A DNA stretch of 64,000 bases from Macrostomum lignano (taxonomy: Eukaryota). The translations under genes were made by a program, and so were the position numbers. The notes below the pieces were generated by a model that did not search any database, was not told the DNA's origin, and worked only from the letters and a program-made list of their open reading frames with translations. The DNA lies in assembly GCA_002269645.1 (NCBI GenBank), contig NIVC01001113.1, positions 1 through 64,000 of the forward strand, read 5' to 3'. Shown piece after piece: positions 27,301 through 35,688 of the stretch. Numbering within the stretch: the stretch's first letter is position 1; each line of letters opens with the position of its first letter.

Positions 27301-30300
27301 GATGGTGAGCGGGAATGATGCTGAGCGGGAATGATGCTGAGCGGGAATGATGGTGAGCGGGAATGATGGTGAGCAGGAATGATGGTGAGCGGGAATGATG
27401 GTGAGCGGGAATGATGTTGAGCAGGAATGATGGTGAGCGGGAATGATGGTGAGCGGGAATGATGGTGAGCGGGAATGATGTTGAGCAGGAATGATGGTGA
27501 GCGGGAATGATGCTGAGCGGGAATGATGGTGAGCGGGAATGATGGTGAGCGGGAATGATGGTGAGCGGGAATGATGGTGAGCGGGAATGATGGTGAGCGG
27601 GAATGATGGTGAGCGGGAATGATGGTGAGCGGGAATGATGGTGAGCGGGAATGATGGTGAGCGGGAATGATGGTGAGCGGGAATGATGGTGAGCGGGAAT
27701 GATGGTGAGCGGGAATGATGGTGAGCGGGAATGATGCTGAGCGGGAATGATGGTGAGCGGGAATGATGCTGAGCGGGAATGATGCTGAGTTGCTCTATGG
27801 GATTTCATTACCAAGTGCATATTACTTACTTATACATTGTTGAGTAGGGATGCTGAATGCTCTTTTAATGGTTGGGATTTCACTGCTTAAAATTCGACTC
27901 TTTGGATTTCCACCAAGTGGGATTCTACTGAGGAGATTCCCCTGAGAAATTTGACTAAGGGAAGGGATTCCATTCAAGGGGATTCCACTGGGGATTCCAC
28001 TGGAGATTTCACAGACCTGGGATTTTACTTTGCCGGTACATCGTAGCTCGATCGCTTTATTTTAAATGGTTTGTGCAGTAAGAGAATTTTTTGCTCTTAT
28101 TCCTGTGCGATTGTGGCGCTTCTGATAAAAACTTATAAGATAAAAAAGCCTAAAAAACTTGTTTAATTCGAAGCTTTTTAGGTTCTCTGGGGAATCAGCT
28201 TTTTCAGGCACTAGCTGTCAAGCCTATGTTGAAATTTTCAGTAGCAACCACTCCTAAGAAATGGTGAAGTTGTTTAAATTATTGTTTCAGACAAACTGGT
28301 TCACTCTATTTGTCTTGCTGTAAAAACTCTGATTAAAAGTTTATACTGGTCGACGGAAGCGCACTTTTAGCTCTTTATTTGCCACTGGTTGAGAAACTTC
28401 GGATTATGACATTAGGAACGAAGCTTTTTCTTAAGCAGTAGACTCAGTTAAAGAAAGAGTAGCTGATGTGAAATTTCGGAAAAGTATTTTAAACAGTTAG
28501 AATCGTTTCGGCCAATCATTTGGCACAACTGTTATAAATGGAAGCTACATATCAAAGTTTGTAACAACAATCTTAAGTCAAATCTCCATCACACCGTCAA
28601 AATTTCATTGCATCGATATTTACCCTGACGAAAGCCCAACACATGGTTTTGAAAGGTCAGTTATTGCATTTTCGACCTTGTAAAGCAGCCCCATAAATGC
28701 TTAATATGTCAATGCAACAAAAAGTAAAATTTTCCTGTTTTTCGTACAGTTTCTCTCAGCAGGACACAAGGAATATTACACGTGCCTGCAAAATTCACAT
28801 TCTACAGTAGTACGTGCAAACAACACAAGAAATTAGTTCGATAACAACAGCATTCTAATCAAATAAATCAGCATATCGCTTATGTTAAAAATTTCTAATT
28901 TCAGCACCCCGACGGTGCCCGAAGTCGAGGACGACTACCAGCAACTGTACAAAGGGAGCAAAGCACAAAGTCACAACCAAAGTTTTCTACATTGGCAAGA
29001 TCATCTGCCACAAAAGAAGTCCGAAAGTTTGTCACCAGCATTGCATCAAGCGAGTGACCAAGTCTGCTGTTCCTTGCGTTCACATCGTGTGCGACGAGGC
29101 CAAGAAGGTCAGTGTTACCAAGTGCGGCGGTAAGAGGCGCTACCGATCCGTCATCACTACCTGGAATACACGAGTCGGAAAGAAGTGCAGGAAGCACAGG
29201 ACCGTCAAGCACTATCCATGCCCAGTGGTTTGCCCAAAGGGGTCGAAGACCATCAAGCGAACTTCGTGCGGCAAGGGCAGGAAGTACCGGACTCTCACGA
29301 TCGCGACTTCCACCGTTAAGAAGAGGTGCAGCGGCCGTATCTGCACACTGCACTGCATCCGCAAGCTGATCCACTCTCGCGTGTTGTGTCCGAAGCCGCC
29401 ACATCGCTGCAGGAGGCCACGCAAAGTGCGCGTTCGATGCTCAGCCGGACACATGTACTCCTACATCATCACCTATTACTACCAGCGAAAGCATTTGTGT
29501 CTAGGTAAAAGTTTTTTTTAATGTTTTAATATGATTAAAGCTTTACTAGACAATTTACTATTTTTACGACAATTAACCTAAAAAACACAATTACTTCGTT
29601 CAAGGCAAATCATCAAAAGGTAAAGCGCATTGCAAAACAATCTGCGTGAAGAAGCGCAAGATTTCTGCAAAGAAGATTTGCAGGAAGGACTGCTCGAGCA
29701 GGACTCTCATCCGTCACTGCAAGAAGCACAGGGCCTATCGCGTGTTTACTCGAGTCACCTACCGGTGGAACGGAAAGAAATGCGTTCCCAAGAGCCGGAA
29801 GGTCATCAAGAAGATCCGGTGCCGTAAGTAAATGCACTCGTGAAAAACGAGTATATTAATACCTTTTGCACCTTTGTGCCCCCAGGCGTGACTTGCAATG
29901 CCATTGGCGCATGTTAAGAGAAGCCGAATCCAAATATTAGATTATTCGTAACTATGCTAAGTGATTATTCGCTTTCGCCTTGATTGCAGCTCCGAGAACT
30001 TGTCCGAAAGCCAAGATCATCCGCAAAGAGTGCAAGCCTGGCAGGGCGAAGAGCGTCACGACGCACATCTTCTACACGTCGCGTGTGAAGTGCACGATGT
30101 CTCTGCCGCCTCGTTGCACGCAGCACTGCATCAAGAAGGTGAAGCGCTCGGCTGTTCCGTGCAAGAAAATCAAGTGCAAGAAGGACAAGGACCACGTGAC
30201 AAAGTGCGGCGGCAGTCGTCGCTATCGTGTTGTCGTCACCATCAAGTACACCGAAGTAAAAGGCGTCTGCAAGAGGCGCAAGACCACCAAGCGCTATCCG

Positions 30301-33300
30301 TGTCCGGTCAAGTGCCCAAAGACTCAGACCATCATAAGGCCTTGCAAAAAGGGTCGCAAGTTCTCTGTGAAGTCCATCATCAGCTACACCGTTCGTCGCG
30401 CGTGCGTTCACAAGGGCAAGTGCACAGTGAAGTGCGTCAGACGAGTTCTGCGATCGCGAAAGCGGTGCAAAACGCGTCCGCCAGATCGTCGCTGCAAGCA
30501 GCCTCCGCCCTTCTGGACCAAGTGTCGCAAACACTCTGCATACAAGTACCAGATCAAGGCGCTCTACAGGAATGTTCGCGGAACTTGTGTCATCTACAAG
30601 CGAGAGACAATTGCCCGACTTCTTTGCCGTAAGTAGCTCGTTCCTTGACAAGTAGCAAGGGTAGCTAATCTACTCGTCAAAATAGAAGTTTCAAAACCAG
30701 GGTTTATATCTGCTTATTGAATTAATATTTTAGCACCTCGCAAGTGCCCGAAGACGAGAGTAACCAAAACGAAGTGCACAAAGGGAGTCAGGCACAAGGT
30801 CACCACTACGATTTTCTACTCTGGTAAGATTGTGTGCAGCAAGAAGAAGCCGATCGTATGCCGACAGGTGTGCACAAAGCGAGTGACCAAGTCTGGTGTC
30901 CCGTGCTTTCACATCGTGTGCGACGAGGCCAAGAAGGTCAAGCTTACCAAGTGCGGCGGTAAGAGGCGCTACCGATCCGTCATCACTACCTGGAATACAC
31001 GAGTCGGAAAGAAGTGCAGGAAGCACAGGACCGTCAAGCACTATCCGTGCCCAGTGGTTTGCCCGAAGAGGTCCAAGACCATCAAGCGAACTTCGTGCGG
31101 CAAGGGCAGGAAGTACCGGACTCTCACGATCGCGACTTCCACCGTTAAGAAGAGGTGCAGCGGCCGTATCTGCACACTGCACTGCATCCGCAAGCTGATC
31201 CACTCTCGCGTGTTGTGTCCGAAGCCGCCACATCGCTGCAGGAAGCCGCGCAAGGTGCACGTCCGATGCTCGAAGAAGAACTCACACTCGTACATCATCA
31301 CCTATTACTACGTGAAGAAGCGAGTGTGTCACCGTAAGTCCCAATGCCTAAAACGTTTTGCAACCAATTATTTTAGTTCGCAATGGTTTACAAGCATACC
31401 TTACTTTAAACGAATGCACAACTGTTTCTCAGGTGCTTTGAAGTCTGGAAAAGCGCGCCGCTGCAAGATTGTGTGCGTGAAGAAGCACAAGCGGTCAGCC
31501 AGGAAGCCGTGCAAGAAGCGCAAGTGCCGATACCAGCTATCCTACCACACCACCAAGTGTGTGCACAACTTCCGAACCATCACAACGAAGTACCGCACTC
31601 GGGTCCACGGACGCTGTGTCTGGCGACGAAAATCCGTGCGTCGCGTCCGCTGCTCTGGCTGCTCGTCCCACCAGATTCACTACCACAAGACGACGGTCGG
31701 CAGCAAGTGCAAGGCTGGACGCACGCAGACCTTCCTGAACTTCTACGAGTCGCGCAAGTACAAAACCGGCTGGGTGTGTCACAAGAAGAAAGTCCAGGTG
31801 TCCATCATTAAGTGCAAGTGCAACAGGAAGCCTCTGCTGCTCCTGGACAAGAAGTGCCGCAAGGGCTACAGGAAGCTTACCAAGGTGGTGTTTATCGATC
31901 GCGGCGGCAAGTGCATTAGGAAGCAGACTGTCACCAAGAAAAAGTGTCCTCCTGTTAAATGCTTTAACAAGAAAGTCCTTCGCAAGTGTAGGAAGCACTC
32001 TGCGTATCAATACGTTGTTAGGGTTTATTACCGGGCAGTTCGTGGTCGCTGTGTGTCCTATAAGTCCAAGATAACCAAGAAGCTTCCTTGTCGTAAGTAC
32101 ATTTTATAAACGTTTACTTTTTGTTAGTTGTTTACTTGTTTGTTAAAAGCCATACATAATTTGGCCTTTTTTTCAGCCCCGGTTCCTTGTCCAAAGTCGA
32201 AGAAGATTGTGAGGGGGTGCAGGAAAGGTGTGATAAATCGGGTAACGACGACTGTTTTCTACGTGGCTAAGATATCTTGCAGCAAGGGTCGTCGCCCTGT
32301 ATGCCGGCAAAAGTGCATCCGACGTGTAACACGTGCTGCTGTTCCATGTGGTGTCCCGCGTCGCTGTATGAAAAAGAAGATTAAACATGTTAGTAAGTGC
32401 GGCGGAAAAAGGCGCTACCGGTCTATTACAACAATATGGTTTTCTGGCAGATACCCGAAATGTAGAAAGCACAAGATTGTTAAACACGTTCCGTGTCCTG
32501 TTGACTGCAAGAAGCCAAAGGTCGTCAAGATCTCATGCGTTGGTTCTAGAGAATTCCGTGAAAAGCGCACGACCACATATTCTGTGAAGAAATCATGCCG
32601 CAAGTCAATCTGCGTTCTCCGCTGCGTTAGGCATGTAGTTGTTTCCCGCGTGCCTTGCGTCGCTCCAGTCGTTTGCCGTCCTCGCAGAAGAGTTTTGCCG
32701 TGCTCGAAGCGTTCGGCCTATAGGAAAATAATTGAGATATTGTCAAAGTTCAAGAAAGGCGAATGCCGAGTTTACCGCAAGCGTATTGTGAAGAAAATCC
32801 CTTGTCGTAAGTTTAGCTAGAAATTCTATTTTAACTTGTTTCGATTTTGCGATTTTTCTACCAAAATATATTCTTTTTATGAAATTTTGTTTCAGCCTGC
32901 AAACGCGGTCGAACTGTCATCCAGAAGACTTGTCGCAAAGGTTTCCGCAAAGTCATCAAGACCGTTTACATTCGCGTCCGTGGAGTTTGCCGTGCTAAGA
33001 GCGTCGTGCTCCGTCGCATCCGGTGCCCGGAGCCGCCTCGATGCAGTCGTAGCTATTACGTTGTCTCCACTTGCTTCCATGGAGTGCGTCGACTGTTGTT
33101 TGTATCGAGCAGGCGGGTCAAGTCAGCAACCGGGCGGTTCACGTGCATCACCAAGTCAACAGCTGTTGCGTATTTCGACTGCCTTCCAGGTTAGCTATGA
33201 CTATCTAGATGCCAGTGAAACATGTTTTTGTGCTACTTGTTTATAAATATTTGACTATTTTTAAGCTAAAAATTCATTATTTTCAGATTGCCGTCACGGC

Positions 33301-33606
33301 GTACAGAAGAAGCTGGTCCTTGGATGCAAATGCGTTCGCAGTCACAGGAACCTGTACCAGATCACATTCACTGCCAGACGATCAAAGTGCTTACATAGCG
33401 TGAAGCTTATGGGTCAGGTCAGCTGCAACGACTGTTTGAGCTACTTGAAACGCTGGAAGCACTGGATGCTTCGACTCAAGGTAAAAAAACCAAAGAAGGT
33501 CGTCAAGGTCGTTAAGCCAAAGAAGGTGATCAAACACAAAAAGGTAATCAAGCACAAGAAGAAGAAGAATAGGCGCGCTCTTCTTGGCTTCAGCTATGCC
33601 GGTTAA
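347..33606 (+). CDS. Giant Lys/Arg/Cys-rich modular protein with three vWA domains (likely extracellular; 5' end apparently upstream of the window)
   Basis: GT-AG exons chained in frame by hand: A 347-1240, B 1353-1523, C 1613-2218, D 2323-3055, E 3158-3261, F 3334-3567, G 3732-4366, H 4472-5071, I 5171-5836, J 5939-6576; K1 7464-8547, E 8650-8753, F 8826-9059, G 9229-9867, H 9973-10572, I 10672-11337, J 11440-12078; K2 15016-15615, F' 15716-15934, G 16100-16738, H 16844-17443, I 17543-18208, J 18311-18949; K2 22384-22983, F' 23084-23302, G 23468-24106, H 24212-24811, I 24911-25576, J 25679-26317; K2 28905-29504, F' 29605-29823, G 29990-30628, H 30734-31333, I' 31433-32092; L 32177-32806, M 32896-33189, N 33287-33606 (TAA). 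Phases match at every junction. The first G and J copies carry -4 and -1 nt indels (probable consensus errors). No signal peptide is seen in exon A, which starts at a tttcag acceptor. Confidence 0.88.
538..993 (+). other. vWA domain 1 (MIDAS degenerate), within exon A
   Basis: ELILVMQASQD...VRVSVVLFS...IGDAL...KMLIVITSG...ILVIGVG follows the vWA strand/helix pattern. DxSxS is replaced by QASQD and the TDG aspartate by TSG. Confidence 0.8.
2610..3261 (+). other. vWA domain 2 (intact MIDAS), split by intron 3056-3157
   Basis: DLVFVLDSSTSI...VRVAVVTYS...EGITMTYAAI...VVVITDGKS...VSVGI|PAELKGISS. DxSxS, T and D MIDAS residues are all present. Confidence 0.92.
8102..8753 (+). other. vWA domain 3 (duplicate of domain 2)
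   Basis: Appears identical in sequence to 2610-3261 at offset +5492. Confidence 0.92.
12994..13900. repeat. Intronic 16-bp minisatellite (GATGGTGAGCGGGAAT)n, about 57 units
   Basis: Direct reading. Variants are GCT, GTT+CAGG and one 14-nt unit. Confidence 0.97.
14730..14795 (+). ncRNA. Candidate type I hammerhead ribozyme (copy 1; also 22098-22163 and 28619-28684)
   Basis: CTGACGA (14736-42) and GAAA (14762-65) cores. Helix II is AAGCC/GGTTTT with one bulge, helix III is A-GGTC/GACC-T, helix I is TTTAC(C)/GTAAA with one bulge, and the putative cleavage triplet is CUU. Confidence 0.45.
19865..21267. repeat. Intronic 16-bp minisatellite, about 88 units
   Basis: Same unit and same flanks as 12994-13900. 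Confidence 0.97.
27233..27789. repeat. Intronic 16-bp minisatellite, about 35 units
   Basis: Same unit and same flanks. Confidence 0.97.
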
Positions 33607-33873
33607 CTATCCAATTGGAAAACAAAATACTGAGACTAATTGAACTACGGGATTGTTACAACTAGCAACTCTTTTATGTGTGATGCGCACCAACCCAAAT
33701 ATTACATATAGTTGTACTTTTACCAACCATAGACAAAATATTTTTGAAAAGTCTGAAGTTTGAATTTTTCATAAACATTAACGTAAAAGTCAAGCTTTTG
33801 CTGCTTTTTAAAGAGGAAACAAAATTACTGAAACAAAAGCTTCAGGCTTTTCGAAGGCTAATTTCAAACTACA

Positions 33874-33879
33874 AATAAA
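33874..33879 (+). promoter_or_regulatory. Candidate polyadenylation signal of the giant gene
   Basis: AATAAA about 270 nt after the stop codon in AT-rich sequence. Position only. Confidence 0.35.
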
Positions 33880-35184
33880 ATACTTTTTATTCAATATGAG
33901 GATATTACTTTCTATAACCTAATTGTTTGCTGTGATCTAAACACTTTTTGAAAACGATTGTCTATTGTTTACTTTAGTATTTTTAGCATAATTTTTGCCG
34001 TACGATTCAAGCGTTCCACTAATTTAAAAACTCACTGATAAGAAAATTCCAATAAGATTATTTATCCCATGTGCCAAGTAATAATATTTAGCCAATTATT
34101 GTTTTACTGATATGCGCAAAAATGACGAATATGCAGAAATATAAAAGCTGCAAGTACGTTAAATACTTTTACTAGCTACTTTGTGTACTGAATTTAAATT
34201 GAAAAGAATACAATTAACATTTGACTTTGTAACTTTACTACTATGCTCTATTTGAAATTTTTATATCCTTTTTCGGAGGTCTTTGGAACGAAATTTACAA
34301 TAATATTAGTATACTACCAACTGCTTCATTAGAACTGCTTCGGTGAAGTCGGATTGCTGTACGGGACAATGAGCCTTTATAGGCACTTGTATAACATTTT
34401 GTTTACTTAAAAATTTAAGCCTCGAATTCACAAACCTAGCTATATATGAGATCTGATAGCAAACAAGACTGTGATAGTATGAAAACAAAATACGGCAGCT
34501 GCTCAAGGGTGCGCCTTAGGGCTAGGGCTGGGACCGAAGACCGAGCACTGGGCGCCGGAATCAGCCGAATGATTCTATATGCCTGTCAGCTGGAGACGTT
34601 AAATTTGAATGGTTGTCCTGAAATTTACTGCTTTGTGTACTCGTAAATTCTTGTTACTACGGTATCCATGTAAGCAAAGTTGATTATATACCGACAAACG
34701 TCACTTCTCACGCATACCTGTGTTTTTACCAAAGTATGAAGTTAAATAACACAATGTTGTGACTGTGAAAAAAAATAGTAAGACTAAAAATATGTTGATA
34801 TTTGCGGAAACTGCCGTTAATAAGCGAATGGTGAGTAAAATAGCGTATCTATCAAAAAATTCATTCCAAAAAACAAATGATCGCGCTCGAAAAACGTGCA
34901 AAATTGCATCATGTCGCTTTTTGCTACTATAAATAAAGTATTCACAGGAGGGCTGAAGACACCTAGACTTCTGCGAAATCGTCTGTTCTCCCCATTTCGC
35001 TGACTCCTGAACACATACAAGAGCACCAATACTATACGCAAGCTCTAAAACTTATGCACTGCACGCTCACACAGGGACCCTGACTTTCTAATCATCGGGC
35101 ATTCTCTGTGTTTCGGGGCTCAGGCCTCAGCTGGGGTATGAATCCGCCCGACAGGCCACCGGTCAATTTTCGTGCACATTTCGT

Positions 35185-35250
35185 GAATCGAACCGGGGCC
35201 CTGGCGTTCAGACGCGTTTACTGCAAAACTGATCTGCCCTCTCGTCGCTG
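35185..35250 (-). mobile_element. Possible tRNA-derived SINE head
   Basis: The minus strand reads GGTTCGATTC (B box) preceded by a tRNA-like GC-rich stretch. The A box is unconvincing. Confidence 0.3.
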
Positions 35251-35613
35251 CAAAGTCACTAGCGAGATAGAAATCTTTCATTTTTAGCTCTCAAAGTAAT
35301 TGGCAATATGTCATTTTCGGGATTTTGTCCGATATAAATCTACAAGCTGACAAATATAACTCTCGACAAAGTGTATTGAAGTGGGACAAAAAGCAAAATA
35401 GAGTCGTGTTTACTAAACCTATTTTAGCTTTTTCATACTTAGAAATGGTTTTAAACAGAGACAAAACTCGGTTGAAGAAACTCGACTTGAAAAAGTACAC
35501 TCAGAAGACAGCACAACAGGAGTTTTTTCTGGAACTAAGCTTTCAGAAGTCTTTGGTAGCATTCTGAAAAACGTTTTTGACAAAAATTAAAACAAAAACA
35601 AACCTCGGACATA

Positions 35614-35615
<2 letters not shown>

Positions 35616-35661
<46 letters not shown>
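35616..35661. repeat. (CA)n microsatellite
   Basis: Direct reading. It lies just 3' of the transporter stop codon on the minus strand. Confidence 0.95.
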
Positions 35662-35666
<5 letters not shown>

Positions 35667-35688
35667 TGTTCTGAGAGATTTGCCATCA

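Larger units (their letters stand above)
2496..31945 (+). repeat. Tandem amplification of a multi-exon block (five copies of G-H-I, four of J, three of K2-F', two of vWA-E-F)
   Basis: Offsets between homologous exons: about 5492-5501, then 6871, 7368 and 6521-6522. Exons and short introns look essentially identical between copies, and the last three period differences match the minisatellite length differences. Confidence 0.95.

Noticed and set aside
12994-27789. Regular short repeats as possible CRISPR arrays
   Set aside because: Head-to-tail units with no unique spacers and no cas genes, in a eukaryotic context.
12981-27820. Long minus-strand ORFs of HHHSRSPSFPLTIIPA repeats (316, 492 and 210 aa)
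   Set aside because: They are translations of the 16-bp minisatellite (3 units = 16 codons), which lacks stops on that strand, and they lie inside introns of the plus-strand gene.
2319-32010. Recurrent antisense and alternative-frame ORFs (e.g. 228-aa MSRNELL..., 176-aa MHLARLP..., 223-aa plus-frame)
   Set aside because: Shadows of the GC3-biased coding exons. They recur only because the exons are duplicated and show no recognisable domains.
347-33606. Naming the giant gene as a known flatworm adhesive protein (ap1/ap2)
   Set aside because: The expected EGF/C-type lectin or vWD/C8/TIL domains are not visible in the window, so only an analogy is supportable.
34446-34646. LRR-like phrase CQLETLNLNGCPEI in a 66-aa ORF
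   Set aside because: Single short motif with no further repeats or convincing exon partners.
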